This document shows positions 45,829-55,933 of a stretch of DNA of 64,000 nt, piece by piece. Each line of letters opens with the position of its first letter. Position 1 is the stretch's first letter. The DNA is from Candidatus Omnitrophota bacterium (lineage in GTDB: Bacteria; Omnitrophota; Gorgyraeia; 1-14-0-20-64-10): assembly GCA_016177405.1 (NCBI GenBank), contig JACOVG010000024.1, positions 7,079-71,078 of the forward strand. Reading direction: 5' to 3'. The notes below the pieces were generated by a model. That model was not told the origin of the DNA. It was given only the letters and a program-made list of their open reading frames with translations, and did no database searches. The translations under genes and the position numbers were made by a program.

Positions 45829-46206
45829 TTGACTGAAAAAACGATCCTCTTGGTGGATGACGAAAAAGACATGGGTTGGGTGATCAAACAAATCTTGACG
45901 GACGCGGGCTACCGTGTGGTGACGGCGAAAACAGGAGCCGAAGGCCTCGCGAAGTTTCGGCAAGTCACCCCATCGGTCCGACTGGTCCTTCTCGATCTGC
46001 GTCTCCCAGACATGAGCGGCATTGAACTCCTCAAGCGGATCAAAGCGATCTCCTCACGCACGAAGATCCTCATGATTACAGCTTTTGGGACCTTGGAATC
46101 AAAGAAAGAGGCAAAGTCGGCGGGCGCCATGGAGGTGTTGGACAAGCCATTCCGTGTGGAGAAGGTCTTGAAGGCGGCGCGTTTGGCCTTCGAGGTTGGA
46201 GGGTAG
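45829..46206 (+). CDS. Single-domain CheY-like response regulator (TTG start)
   Basis: The receiver signature LLVDDEKD...LVLLDLRLPD...KPF is present. The RBS AAGGAG lies 9 nt upstream of TTG. Confidence 0.8.
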   Translation: MTEKTILLVDDEKDMGWVIKQILTDAGYRVVTAKTGAEGLAKFRQVTPSVRLVLLDLRLPDMSGIELLKRIKAISSRTKILMITAFGTLESKKEAKSAGAMEVLDKPFRVEKVLKAARLAFEVGG

Positions 46207-46243
46207 ATGAACAGCAAGAGAATAATAAAAGGAGGGTACTCAA

Positions 46244-46453
46244 ATGGCCGTTGAGAAAACCATCGCTGGGGCTTCCCTGGCTGAGGTGTTGGATCGGATC
46301 CTGGACAAGGGTCTCGTCATCGATGCCTGGGTGAGAGCGTCGTTGGTCGGCATCGAGTTGCTTGGCATTGAGGCTCGGGTGGTTGTGGCGTCCGTTGAGA
46401 CGTTCCTCAAGTATGCCGAGGCGGTCGGATTGACGGCTGGGGCAACGGCGTAA
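46244..46453 (+). CDS. gvpA: Gas vesicle structural protein GvpA
   Basis: The translation [63 protein letters not shown] is a near-canonical GvpA. The RBS is AAGGAGG. Confidence 0.95.
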   Translation: MAVEKTIAGASLAEVLDRILDKGLVIDAWVRASLVGIELLGIEARVVVASVETFLKYAEAVGLTAGATA

Positions 46454-46494
46454 TTCGCCCAAGCTGGACAGATTTCGAGCATCCCTCGGGGGCA

Positions 46495-46518
46495 CCGCCG
46501 GTTAAGAAGAACCGGCGG
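46495..46518 (+). other. Stable RNA hairpin in the gvpA 3' region (9-bp stem CCGCCGGTT/AACCGGCGG, loop aagaag) followed by a CCCCGGGG palindrome
   Basis: The hairpin is seen directly in the sequence. There is no U-tract, so it is not a classical intrinsic terminator. Confidence 0.4.
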
Positions 46519-46562
46519 GCCCCCGGGGAGCCGGGAAAGGCAAAAAAAGGAGGCGAGCCAAA

Positions 46563-47375
46563 ATGGGTTTCTCAGATGATATGAAAGAAACGTGTGAGAT
46601 GCTTGCCCAAAGCCGCTCGAATCGGGACAGGGCGATGAAGGAACTCCACAACGTTCACTCCAAGGACCGAATGGAGCGCAGGGCCACGATCAAGCGGACT
46701 GCCGGGGATGTCAAGCATCTCTTCAGCGATGTCCATGTGCTGATCCAGCATTTCCATGCCGACCGGGGGAAGATGAGCAAGGAGATGCAAGAAATGCTGG
46801 GGACCTTTTTTGAAAACACCCGGAAAGAAACTCAAGGAATCCTCAAGGAGGCCCGATCGTTCCTGAGGGGTTTCCGAGGGGAGCAAAGAAAGATGGCCGA
46901 GGAGCTGCACCAGATGCTGGAGGGGTATGCCCAGAGAATCCATAGGGATACCAACCGTTTCATGAAGGAGTTCCACTCCCAGTTTGAGGCAACGTGCGAA
47001 AAGGAAGGCGAGGAGCGGAAGACTTTCTTCAACGGAATCCGGCGTCAGGTCGGCGGCATTCGGCGTGATGTGGGCCAGATGCGGAAGGGTTTCCAAGAAG
47101 CTCAAAAGGCTCTTCATACCGATTTTCAGAAGGCGCAGGCATTCTGGAAGGAGTTTGACGGCGGTATGCGTCAGCCTAAGGCCATCCTAAAGGCGAAGGT
47201 TTCCGGTTTGCAGGCTCGCATCATGTCGACCCTGAAGGGTTCTCGGGAAGGGATGACGCTGAAGGAATTGAGCTATGCGATGGGCATGCCGGAGAAGAGC
47301 CTCAATCGCGTTTTGTCTCGGATGCGCCGGGAGAGGCATCTCCGCAAGCGCAAGAGCACCTTTTTTGCGCGATAA
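46563..47375 (+). CDS. Repetitive helical protein (GvpC-like candidate) with C-terminal winged-HTH
   Basis: The protein is 270 aa with a periodic K/E/R-rich pattern (..KE.H..F...) reminiscent of GvpC 33-aa repeats. The C-terminal stretch MTLKELSYAMGMPEKSLNRVLSRMRRERHLRKR is HTH-like. Confidence 0.45.
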   Translation: MGFSDDMKETCEMLAQSRSNRDRAMKELHNVHSKDRMERRATIKRTAGDVKHLFSDVHVLIQHFHADRGKMSKEMQEMLGTFFENTRKETQGILKEARSFLRGFRGEQRKMAEELHQMLEGYAQRIHRDTNRFMKEFHSQFEATCEKEGEERKTFFNGIRRQVGGIRRDVGQMRKGFQEAQKALHTDFQKAQAFWKEFDGGMRQPKAILKAKVSGLQARIMSTLKGSREGMTLKELSYAMGMPEKSLNRVLSRMRRERHLRKRKSTFFAR

Positions 47376-47452
47376 ACAAAACGGGGGGAAAGGGGCGAGA
47401 CCCCTTGGGGCCGGGCTCCTTTCCCCTATCGGCCTGACGAGGTGCGTAACCT

Positions 47453-47644
47453 ATGGACGGGTTTGGGGAATCCTTCAAGGAACTTGAGCGAGACGAGCTT
47501 CATGAGGAACTCTTGAATCGTTTCCTGGATCTCTATTCTGTCTGGAGACGCACGGGAGAGGGGCGCCTGCTGGCGCTGGCGACAGAGGTGGCTAAGGATC
47601 TGGAATTGATTGACCCGGAATTTCACTTTGGGAAGGCGGCCTGA
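47453..47644 (+). CDS. Small hypothetical protein (63 aa)
   Basis: The ORF lies within the gas-vesicle cluster. No motif was recognised. Confidence 0.3.
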   Translation: MDGFGESFKELERDELHEELLNRFLDLYSVWRRTGEGRLLALATEVAKDLELIDPEFHFGKAA

Positions 47645-48081
47645 TGAAACGAGAAAGCCTGTTGAACTTAAAGACCTGTCGTGAGATTGTGACCGGGATG
47701 GACATTGCCAGGGGGAAGCGGTCCGCCCCAACGATGTTCCAGAAGATGCGCCGGATCGTCAGTCAGGGAACAGGAGAATTTACCCCGCATGTCAACGAAG
47801 CTACCCTGGCCGTTGAGATGGATAAAGAGCGCCGGCGATTCGGCCGGCGGTATCAAAAGGTGGAACGAGCCGCGGCCAAGATTTTAGGATTCCGTCGAAA
47901 ACTGGCCGCCACCCATGAGAAAAACCGGCGGATCATGGACTTGAGGATCGATCTACAGCGCCAGTACTGGGAAAACACCAGGCCGGCAGGTCTTAAGGCG
48001 CCCTGTTTGGCCGGAGCAGTCACCGAGGCAGAGGGACGAAGGATTAAAGTGCGACGTTTGCGCTACGGAGGGAGATCTTGA
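47644..48081 (+). CDS. Hypothetical protein (145 aa), basic
   Basis: The ORF is translationally coupled to neighbours within the gvp cluster. No motif was recognised. Confidence 0.35.
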   Translation: MKRESLLNLKTCREIVTGMDIARGKRSAPTMFQKMRRIVSQGTGEFTPHVNEATLAVEMDKERRRFGRRYQKVERAAAKILGFRRKLAATHEKNRRIMDLRIDLQRQYWENTRPAGLKAPCLAGAVTEAEGRRIKVRRLRYGGRS

Positions 48082-49019
48082 GGGAAACCGAGGTCGTCGA
48101 TTCGCCTGGCGGGGTTATGCTGGAGCCGGAACCTGGATTCGTGGAGACTCTGAACATTAAGCGCTTGACCGAACGGGCTCTTTCGTACTTGAAGGCCGGC
48201 TACCCGGTTCACTTCAGCGGCCCCGCCGGGGTGGGCAAGACCACGCTGGCGATGCATCTGGCCAGAACCTTAGGGCGCCCCGCTTGTTTTATGGTGGGTG
48301 ATGATGAGTTCGGCTCCTCGGACCTGGTGGGTGGCCAGTGCGGCTACCGACGCAAGAAGGTGGTGGATCGCTTCATTCATTCGGTCCTGAAGATGGAAGA
48401 TGATGTGACCTCTCGCTGGGTGGATGCGCGCCTTACCGAGGCCTGCAAGAATGGTCTCACCCTGATCTACGATGAATTCAACCGCTCCCGCCCTGAAGCC
48501 AACAACGTTCTTCTTTCCGTCTTGGAGGAAGGGGTAATGACCATGCCGCCGGCCAGCGGTGAAGCTAAAGAGGCGTATCTGGAGGTTCATCCCAGCTTCC
48601 GCGCCATCTTCACCTCTAACCCGGAGGAGTACGCCGGGGTCCATAAAACGCAGGATGCCCTTCGGGACCGGCTGGTGACGATTGAGCTTTTCCACTATGA
48701 TGAAGAGACGGAGATTGCCATCACGATGTCCCGGACGAAACTCACTCGACCAGAGGCGGCCAAGATCGTGAAACTGGTTCGTGCCATACGGCAGAAGGGC
48801 CCCTCCAAGGCGTCTCCCACCATCCGGGCCTGCATCATCATTGGCAAGGTGGCCAAGCTTCGCAAGGCCAGGATCGATCGCCGGGATGAGCGTTTTAGAG
48901 AGATCTGCGGGGACGTTTTGGCCTCAACGAATCACGCAGGGCGGAACGGTTCAGGGCTGAAACAGAAGCTGGGGCAGTCTCGACAGCTCGTTGAACGTCT
49001 TCTTCGCCGCCACTGCTAA
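48078..49019 (+). CDS. gvpN: Gas vesicle AAA+ ATPase GvpN (copy 1)
   Basis: The Walker A is GPAGVGKTT and the Walker B/sensor is LIYDEFNRSRPEANNVLLSVLEE. This is the CbbQ/NirQ/GvpN family. Confidence 0.85.
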   Translation: MRETEVVDSPGGVMLEPEPGFVETLNIKRLTERALSYLKAGYPVHFSGPAGVGKTTLAMHLARTLGRPACFMVGDDEFGSSDLVGGQCGYRRKKVVDRFIHSVLKMEDDVTSRWVDARLTEACKNGLTLIYDEFNRSRPEANNVLLSVLEEGVMTMPPASGEAKEAYLEVHPSFRAIFTSNPEEYAGVHKTQDALRDRLVTIELFHYDEETEIAITMSRTKLTRPEAAKIVKLVRAIRQKGPSKASPTIRACIIIGKVAKLRKARIDRRDERFREICGDVLASTNHAGRNGSGLKQKLGQSRQLVERLLRRHC

Positions 49020-49035
49020 TTCAAGGAGATGATGG

Positions 49036-49590
49036 ATGCCTAAGGAACCTAAGGAGAAGTCGAAGAAACCAGGGGGCGAGGAGCCTGTGGAGTTGGACTT
49101 TGGGTTGGGCAAGCTAAGCCTCGGCGGGCTCTTCAAGGGTTTGGGGCAGCTCGTTGACCTTGCCAGCACCCTTCAGGAAAAAGCCGGGGAGATCAAGAAG
49201 GAAGGGACTTTCAAGGCAGGCCAAGTCGGCGGAAAGGAGATCAAAGGGATCTACGGCTTCTCCATCCGGACTCTGGCAGGCGGCAAGCCGGTGGTGGAAA
49301 CCTTTGGGAATGTGGTCAAGAAGACTCCAAAAGGGCCCGTGGTGGAGGAGGTGCGGGAGCCGCTGACAGATCTGTTTGACGAAAAAGACCGGATCAAGAT
49401 CATCGCGGAGCTTCCGGGGGTAACCGAAGCCGAGGTTAAGACGGAGCTAAAAGGGGACATCCTGACGATTGCCAGCACCGGCGAAAAGAAGTACACCAAG
49501 GAGGTTCTTTTGCCGGCTAAGGTCAAGCCGGAGAGCCTTGAGGTCACTTACCGGAACGGTATCTTGGAGATCGAGCTGGAGAAGGCCTAA
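49036..49590 (+). CDS. Hsp20/alpha-crystallin family protein (GvpH-like)
   Basis: The C-terminal alpha-crystallin segment reads DLFDEKDRIKIIAELPGVTEAEVKTELKGDILTIAS...EVTYRNGILEIEL. Confidence 0.8.
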   Translation: MPKEPKEKSKKPGGEEPVELDFGLGKLSLGGLFKGLGQLVDLASTLQEKAGEIKKEGTFKAGQVGGKEIKGIYGFSIRTLAGGKPVVETFGNVVKKTPKGPVVEEVREPLTDLFDEKDRIKIIAELPGVTEAEVKTELKGDILTIASTGEKKYTKEVLLPAKVKPESLEVTYRNGILEIELEKA

Positions 49591-49657
49591 ATGGCGTTAG
49601 AAGCCCAAAATTTTTTTACTTGGAAGGTGCGAAAATGCACAGCACAAGCGAGCGACC

Positions 49658-51787
49658 ATGACCGAGCCGCGATCAACAGTTCGTGAACCGCGAACGCTGA
49701 CCGTCCGAGTGAAGGAGGCCCGGGCTCAAGATGTGGGGCGTGGAATTGCCCGGGTGGATCCGAAGGAGATGGAAAGGCTTGGGTGCGTCGTTGGAGACCT
49801 CGTCGAGTTGGAGGGCAAGCGCCATACGGTGGCCAAATTGATGCCGGCGTATCCGGAAGATCGAGGCCAAGGAATCATCCAGATCGACGGGCTTGTCCGA
49901 GACAACGCCAAGGTGGGCCTGGACGAGAAGATCAAGATCCAAAGGTGTGAATGGAAGCTGGCTGAAAAGATTGTCCTCGCCCCCCTGACCCTCACGCGCG
50001 CTTCATCTGGCGACGAGCGATACCTGGGATCTCTCCTGACTGGCCTGCCGCTTGTGGAAGGGGATCGCGTTCGCGCCACCTTGATCGGCACGCAAACCCG
50101 CGAATTCCAGGTCGCGGCGACCTTTCCTAAGGGAGTCGTGGTGATCCAGGCCTCCACGAAGGTTGAGCTGGAGTCCCGGGAGCCCACCGAGGCCGGTGAA
50201 GCGGTCAAGATCTCTTATGAGGACATCGGAGGCTTGGGTTCCCAGATCCAAAGGATTCGGGAAATGATCGAGCTTCCCTTGAGATACCCGGAGGTCTTCG
50301 AGCGGTTGGGGATCGAGCCGCCCAAAGGGGTGCTCCTTCATGGGCCGCCGGGTACCGGCAAGACCCTCATCGCACGGGCGGTCGCCAATGAAACGGAAGC
50401 TTATTTTACCCACATCAGCGGTCCGGAGATCATGGGCAAATTTTACGGGGAGTCTGAAGGGAGACTCCGGGCTGTCTTTGAGGAGGCCCAGGAACACGCC
50501 CCAGCCATTTTGTTCATTGACGAGATCGATGCCATCGCCCCCAAGCGGGAGGAGATGGGGGGTGAGCGCCAGGTGGAACGCCGGGTCGTGGCGCAGCTTT
50601 TGGCGTTGATGGATGGCTTGGAGTCCCGGGGCAAGCTCATCGTCATCGGGGCCACCAACCTACCCAATCTTCTGGATCCAGCCCTAAGGCGGCCCGGCCG
50701 GTTTGATCGGGAGATCGCCATCCCGATCCCGGATAAGAAGGCGCGTCTGGAGGTCCTCCAGATCCACACCCGCGGCATGCCTTTGGCCAAGGACGTGGAT
50801 CTGGAGAAGCTGTCCGCTATTACCCATGGTTTCGTTGGGGCGGATCTGGCCGCCCTGGCCCGAGAGGCGGCGATGGCCTGTTTAAGAGGACTGTTGCCTT
50901 CGATCAACTTCGATTTGTCCGAGATTCCCTATGAAACCCTCATGAAACTGGAGGTCACCCAGGAGCATTTCCTCTCCGCTCTTCGGGAGGTGGAGCCTTC
51001 CGCGATCCGGGAGGTGTTCGTGGAAACACCGGATGTCACCTGGGAGGATGTCGGTGGTTTGGAGGAAATGAAGGAGGAGCTCAAGAAGGCGGTGGAGTGG
51101 CCCTTGAGACATGAGGCCCTTTTCACGCAGGCGAAGGCCAGGCCCCCCAAGGGAATTTTGTTTCATGGTCCGCCGGGCACCGGGAAAACCCTCCTGGCCA
51201 AAGCGCTGGCTCATGAATCCCAAGTGAACTTCATTTCGGTCAAGGGGCCAGAGCTCATCAGCAAATTCGTTGGGGAGTCGGAGCGAGGAGTCCGGGAGGT
51301 CTTCAAAAAAGCCAAGCAGGCGGCCCCCACGATCCTGTTTTTCGATGAGATCGACTCCCTGGTTCCCCGGCGAGGGACAGGAGACTCTTCCATGGTCACC
51401 GAGCGGGTGATCAGCCAGTTCTTGACCGAGCTGGATGGGTTGGAGGAGCTCAAGGGGGTCCTGGTCTTGGCCGCCACCAATCGGATGGATCTGGTGGATC
51501 CAGCCCTTCTGCGTCCCGGGCGGTTCGATCTCATCTTGGAGATGCCGTTGCCGGATCTCAAGGCCAGGCAGGCGATCTTAAAGGTACACCTGAAGGCCAA
51601 GCCCTTAGGCAACGATGTGGACATCGGCTTGCTGGCCAAGCAGACCGAGGGAGCCAGCGGCGCCGAGATCGAAAACCTTTGCCGCCGAGCCGCCATGGAA
51701 GCGATTCGGGAATGCGTCGAATCGCAAAAGGGAGAGCCAAAGAGGTTGAAGATCGAGAGGAAGCACTTTGAAAATTCTCCTCATTGA
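49658..51787 (+). CDS. CDC48/VCP-like AAA+ ATPase (N-domain + two AAA modules)
   Basis: Two Walker A motifs (GPPGTGKTL twice) and two Walker B motifs (ILFIDEIDA and ILFFDEIDS) are present. The N-domain begins [22 protein letters not shown]. Confidence 0.88.
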   Translation: MTEPRSTVREPRTLTVRVKEARAQDVGRGIARVDPKEMERLGCVVGDLVELEGKRHTVAKLMPAYPEDRGQGIIQIDGLVRDNAKVGLDEKIKIQRCEWKLAEKIVLAPLTLTRASSGDERYLGSLLTGLPLVEGDRVRATLIGTQTREFQVAATFPKGVVVIQASTKVELESREPTEAGEAVKISYEDIGGLGSQIQRIREMIELPLRYPEVFERLGIEPPKGVLLHGPPGTGKTLIARAVANETEAYFTHISGPEIMGKFYGESEGRLRAVFEEAQEHAPAILFIDEIDAIAPKREEMGGERQVERRVVAQLLALMDGLESRGKLIVIGATNLPNLLDPALRRPGRFDREIAIPIPDKKARLEVLQIHTRGMPLAKDVDLEKLSAITHGFVGADLAALAREAAMACLRGLLPSINFDLSEIPYETLMKLEVTQEHFLSALREVEPSAIREVFVETPDVTWEDVGGLEEMKEELKKAVEWPLRHEALFTQAKARPPKGILFHGPPGTGKTLLAKALAHESQVNFISVKGPELISKFVGESERGVREVFKKAKQAAPTILFFDEIDSLVPRRGTGDSSMVTERVISQFLTELDGLEELKGVLVLAATNRMDLVDPALLRPGRFDLILEMPLPDLKARQAILKVHLKAKPLGNDVDIGLLAKQTEGASGAEIENLCRRAAMEAIRECVESQKGEPKRLKIERKHFENSPH

Positions 51788-52316
51788 GGCAGACCCCCTC
51801 TTGAGGGGTTTCTGGACGGAGGTTTTCAAGAAGGAGGGATTTCAAATTTCCTTAGCCGAGGATGAAACGCAGGCCCGTGAGCAGATAGACTTAAACGGCC
51901 CGGATCTTGTCTTTCTGGGCAGCAACATGGAAGGAGCTCATGGGGTCCACCTCATGACAGAGCTTAAGTCAGAACCCTTCGCCTTGGCCCAAGGTAAACT
52001 CCGCGACCTGATCGTTGTGGCTCCGCTGAATACCTCCAGCCTCCGCCAGAAGCTTCAGGCAGCCAGAGAGCAGGGGGCCGCGTTCCCTCGGATTGATGTG
52101 GAACGGATGACCTACGCCGTCAAGGAGGCGTTGGGTCTTCGAGAGGCCTCCCTCTTTGGCGATCTGTCCATCCATGAGATGGAACGCCAGATGATCGGGG
52201 AGGCATTAAAGCGTTCGAGAGGAAATCAGACACGGGCAGCCCGCCTTCTGGGGATTAGCCGATTTGCCCTTCGGAATCGACTGAAGAAATATCAGTTGGA
52301 GGAAGCACCACGATGA
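51768..52316 (+). CDS. Receiver-like domain + Fis-type HTH regulator
   Basis: The N-terminus [12 protein letters not shown] is receiver-like. The C-terminus [20 protein letters not shown] is a Fis-type HTH. Confidence 0.6.
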   Translation: MKILLIEADPLLRGFWTEVFKKEGFQISLAEDETQAREQIDLNGPDLVFLGSNMEGAHGVHLMTELKSEPFALAQGKLRDLIVVAPLNTSSLRQKLQAAREQGAAFPRIDVERMTYAVKEALGLREASLFGDLSIHEMERQMIGEALKRSRGNQTRAARLLGISRFALRNRLKKYQLEEAPR

Positions 52317-53344
52317 GCGGTCTCTACATTTACGGAATCATGCGGGAAGAGGACCTGGCAAGGGTTGATCCAGCGGCCCTTTTCCCTGAAAAGAAGATAT
52401 TGACGGTGGTCAAGGACAACTTTGGCGCTGTGGCCGTGTCGACCCAGGAGGAGATTTTTAGGGCGACTCAAGAAGGGCTTCTTGGCCACTTCGAGGTTCT
52501 CTCAAAGCTGATGAACGTGGGGCCGGTTTTTCCGATCCGGTTCGGAACGGTAGCCAAAACGGAAGAAGATGCGCGCCATCTCCTTGGCTCCCTCTTAAAT
52601 CTCATTGATCCAGTTCTCGATCACCTGAATGGGAAAGTGGAGTTCGACGTGGAGGCCCGCTGGAACCCCCAGGTGGCTTATTCCAAGATTGCCTTGGCCG
52701 ATCCAAAGATCAAGGCGTTTAAGGAGCGCGTCGCCAACCAGGGCACTCCGCCTTCGATGGGGGACCGTTTGGCCGTTGGGAAATTGGTGGCCGAGGCGGT
52801 CACAAACCAAGCGGAATTGTACCGCCAACAGATCAAGGAGGCACTTCGCGAGGTAGCCTTAGAGTCCGCACCGCTTCCGGTGGGGAGGGACAAGGATCTC
52901 TTTATGAACATGGCTTTTTTCGTTGGAGAGACGCAAACAGAAGCCTTCGAGAAGAAACTCTATTTCCTTGGGGAATCTTTCCAGGATGCCGTCCATTTCA
53001 AGTATGCAGGGCCCTTGCCCCCCTACAGCTTCACCGGCTGCGAAATTGCCGCGGTCACGCCGGCGATGCTGGAAGAAGTCAGGCAAACCCTGGGGTTGGG
53101 GGAAAGGTTTACCCGGGAGGAGTTTACCAACCAGTACCGGAGATTATCACTGGCTTGGCATCCCGACCGAAACGCGGGAGATCCCTCGGCTACCGAACGC
53201 TTCAAGCGGCTGTTGACAGCCGGAGCGCTTCTGGAGCGTTTCTTCGCGCAGTGCAAAGGGGAGTTTGTGAAGAGCGCCCTGCCGGACACGATCTTTCTTG
53301 TGGCAAAAGAGTTCGGCCGCAAGGAACATCTGGAATGGGCGTAA
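52313..53344 (+). CDS. GvpL/GvpF-family gas vesicle protein fused to a C-terminal J-domain
   Basis: The N-terminus [12 protein letters not shown] is a GvpL/F signature. The C-terminal YRRLSLAWHPDRNAGDPSATERFKRL carries the HPD J-domain motif. Confidence 0.75.
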   Translation: MSGLYIYGIMREEDLARVDPAALFPEKKILTVVKDNFGAVAVSTQEEIFRATQEGLLGHFEVLSKLMNVGPVFPIRFGTVAKTEEDARHLLGSLLNLIDPVLDHLNGKVEFDVEARWNPQVAYSKIALADPKIKAFKERVANQGTPPSMGDRLAVGKLVAEAVTNQAELYRQQIKEALREVALESAPLPVGRDKDLFMNMAFFVGETQTEAFEKKLYFLGESFQDAVHFKYAGPLPPYSFTGCEIAAVTPAMLEEVRQTLGLGERFTREEFTNQYRRLSLAWHPDRNAGDPSATERFKRLLTAGALLERFFAQCKGEFVKSALPDTIFLVAKEFGRKEHLEWA

Positions 53345-53346
53345 CC

Positions 53347-54102
53347 ATGAATGGAGAAGGGCGCTATCTCTATGGAATCATCGAGTCGGCCAAGCGGATC
53401 GAATTTGGGCCGGTGGGATTGCCGGGAGGCGATCCCATGGTCTACACGATACACCATCGGGACCTGGGCGCCTGCGTCAGCGGCTACCCTCCGCAAAGGG
53501 AGATCAGGGCGGATGCCGAGCACTGTCTGGCCCATGAGCGGGTTCTGGAGGCGATCATGCAGCGCTTCACCATCCTTCCCTTTGAGTTTGGGACCGTGGC
53601 GCCTACGGAGGCCGAGGTGGTGAAGCTTCTGTCTCGCCATCGAAACGGTATCAAGCTGGCTTTAAGGCGCCTCCATGGACGGGTGGAGGTGGGGGTGAAG
53701 GCCTTCTGGAAAAGTCTGCAAGCCGCCGCTTTAGAAGTGGCAAAGGAGCATACGGCGATTGCCCGCTATCGCCGGGAGATTGCCTCCAAGCCCCCGGAGG
53801 AGACCTACCAGGACCGGATTCAGCTCGGCGAGATGGTGGCCGTTGCGTTAGGCGAGAAGCGCAAGCGGGAAGCCAACAGTCTCGCGGGGACCCTGAAGCG
53901 AGTTGCAGCCGATGTAAGCCAGGGCGCCACTGTCGGAGACACGATGGTTTTAAATGCAGCCTTCTTAATTCGAAAGGCCGACTTCCCCAGATTTGAACAG
54001 ACCCTAAAGGCTTTGGGGAAACGCCTGGATGGACGGCTGGACTTCAAGTACAGCGGTCCGTTGCCCCCCTACAGTTTTACCGGGTTGAGTCTACGGGTGT
54101 GA
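53347..54102 (+). CDS. GvpF/GvpL-family gas vesicle protein
   Basis: The N-terminus is MNGEGRYLYGIIESAKRIEFGPVGL. The ATG 53347 is the internal start of ORF 53155..54102. Confidence 0.7.
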   Translation: MNGEGRYLYGIIESAKRIEFGPVGLPGGDPMVYTIHHRDLGACVSGYPPQREIRADAEHCLAHERVLEAIMQRFTILPFEFGTVAPTEAEVVKLLSRHRNGIKLALRRLHGRVEVGVKAFWKSLQAAALEVAKEHTAIARYRREIASKPPEETYQDRIQLGEMVAVALGEKRKREANSLAGTLKRVAADVSQGATVGDTMVLNAAFLIRKADFPRFEQTLKALGKRLDGRLDFKYSGPLPPYSFTGLSLRV

Positions 54103-54103
54103 G

Positions 54104-54889
54104 ATGAGAGCCAGCGGTAAGTACCTCTACTGTGTGATCCAAGCGGAGAAACCTCAAGAATTTGGGCCGCTGGGGATCGGGGGAAGGGAAGACCCCCTGA
54201 CCACGGTGCATTGGCAGAACTTGGCCTGTGTGGTGAGCGCCTCTGTTTTGGATGACTACCCGGTCAGCCGAGAATACACCATGGCGCATCATCGGGCCAT
54301 TGAAGCGGTACGCAAGCATTTCCCGGCCCTGCTGCCGGTTTGCTTTAACACCATTGCCAAGACAGAGCAATCCATCATTGAAAAGGTCCTTCGGCCAAGA
54401 TATCAGGAATTCCTGGACCTCCTCGATTGGGTCAAGGATAAGGATGAGATCGGCGTCAAAACCTACTGGCGGGCCCAGGAACCGGTTTTTAAGAAGATCC
54501 TGGAAGAGCAACCGGGGATTCGGGCTTTGAGGGATGAACTGGCGAAGCGTCCTCCGGCGGCCCGATATTACGAGCAGATCGATCTGGGCAAACAGATCGA
54601 GGCGGCCCTGAAGAGTTACCGGGAGCGGGAGGGAAGACGGGTCGTGGAGTTCCTTAAGATCCATGCGGCGGAGGCGCGGCAGGATCCGGTTTACGGTGAC
54701 AAATGGATCCTGAACGCATCCTTCCTTGTAAACAAGTCGAAGGTCGCGGAGTTCGTTCAGGCGCTCGAGACATTGGGCGCTCAATCGGACGGCAATCTGG
54801 TCTTCAAATACACCCCCGATGGTGCCCCGTTCCATTTTGTGGAGGTACGTATCACCTGGGGAGAGGAAGCCCATGTTCCTCATCGATGA
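54104..54889 (+). CDS. GvpF/GvpL-family gas vesicle protein
   Basis: The N-terminus is MRASGKYLYCVIQAEKPQEFGPLGIGG. Confidence 0.7.
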   Translation: MRASGKYLYCVIQAEKPQEFGPLGIGGREDPLTTVHWQNLACVVSASVLDDYPVSREYTMAHHRAIEAVRKHFPALLPVCFNTIAKTEQSIIEKVLRPRYQEFLDLLDWVKDKDEIGVKTYWRAQEPVFKKILEEQPGIRALRDELAKRPPAARYYEQIDLGKQIEAALKSYREREGRRVVEFLKIHAAEARQDPVYGDKWILNASFLVNKSKVAEFVQALETLGAQSDGNLVFKYTPDGAPFHFVEVRITWGEEAHVPHR

Positions 54890-55124
54890 CATCCTGATGT
54901 CTCCGGTGAACTTCACCGTCTGGCTTGCGGAGAGGGTCAAGGAGCAAGCCGAGAAGCAACTTTACGATGTGGAGGCCCTAAAGGCAGCCCTGGAGGAACT
55001 CCGGGAGCAGCACGATTCGGGTGAGTTGAGCAACCAGGAATTCGAACGAAGGGAAGACCGGCTCTTGAAAACCCTGCAGGAAGCCAGGGAGCGTCAAAAA
55101 GCCAAGACGGAAGGGGAGGTTTAG
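54873..55124 (+). CDS. gvpG: Gas vesicle protein GvpG
   Basis: The N-terminus MFLIDDILMSPVNFTVWLAERVKEQAEKQLYD, followed by a coiled coil, matches GvpG. Confidence 0.7.
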   Translation: MFLIDDILMSPVNFTVWLAERVKEQAEKQLYDVEALKAALEELREQHDSGELSNQEFERREDRLLKTLQEARERQKAKTEGEV

Positions 55125-55129
55125 GGCCG

Positions 55130-55933
55130 ATGGGAGAGCTTGTGCAGTTGTATGGGTTTGTGGAGTACGGGGGAGGGGATTTTCGATTCCCAGCCAGCCA
55201 TCTCTTTCTCATTCCATACCTGGACATTGCCTGCTTGGCCCGCCGCGTCTCCGAGGAAGAGTTTGCCCAAGGGGCGCTTCAAGAGCGTCTGAAAGATACG
55301 AAGTGGCTTAAGGTGCAGTTGATGGAGCAAGAAGAGGCCTTAGAACGGATCATGAAGGCCTGTACCGTTGTTCCGCTCAAATGGGGGGCTCTTTTTCGTA
55401 CGGTGGAGGCTGCCCAGGGGATGCTCAAGGAGCGCTACGAGACGGTTCGGGAATTGCTGAAGAAGCTTAAGGGTCGTGAGGAGTGGACGGTCCGGGCCTC
55501 CGTGGATCGAGGACGGTTGCAAGAGGCGGCTGCGCTTGAAGACCCTGAAATTCAGCGGCTTAGGGCGACCATCGAGAAGATGCCGCCGGGTACCGCGTAC
55601 CTGCTTACCGAGCGGCTGAAGCTCCTGACGGAAGAAGTTGGCCAGCGAACGATTGATGCGATGCTCCAAGAGTTCTTTGCTCATATGATGAGATACGCTG
55701 AAGCTTCGACAACTGCCGAGCCGGTCCGTGGCGCCGACGATCCGGAAGACAAGGAGCTGATCTTCCAGATGGCCTTCCTGGTGCCCCAGGAGAGGGTGCC
55801 TGGATTTACCCAAGCGGTCCTCCAGGAAGCGCGCCAGCGGCACGCCCAGGGCTTTGAGATTCAGCAGGTGGGCCCATTTCCGCCATACTACTTCTGCAAT
55901 TTGGAGCTTAAGGGAGCGCAAGCGCATGACTGA
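55130..55933 (+). CDS. GvpF/GvpL-family gas vesicle protein
   Basis: The N-terminus MGELVQLYGFVEYGGGDF is followed by a GvpF-like fold pattern. Confidence 0.65.
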   Translation: MGELVQLYGFVEYGGGDFRFPASHLFLIPYLDIACLARRVSEEEFAQGALQERLKDTKWLKVQLMEQEEALERIMKACTVVPLKWGALFRTVEAAQGMLKERYETVRELLKKLKGREEWTVRASVDRGRLQEAAALEDPEIQRLRATIEKMPPGTAYLLTERLKLLTEEVGQRTIDAMLQEFFAHMMRYAEASTTAEPVRGADDPEDKELIFQMAFLVPQERVPGFTQAVLQEARQRHAQGFEIQQVGPFPPYYFCNLELKGAQAHD

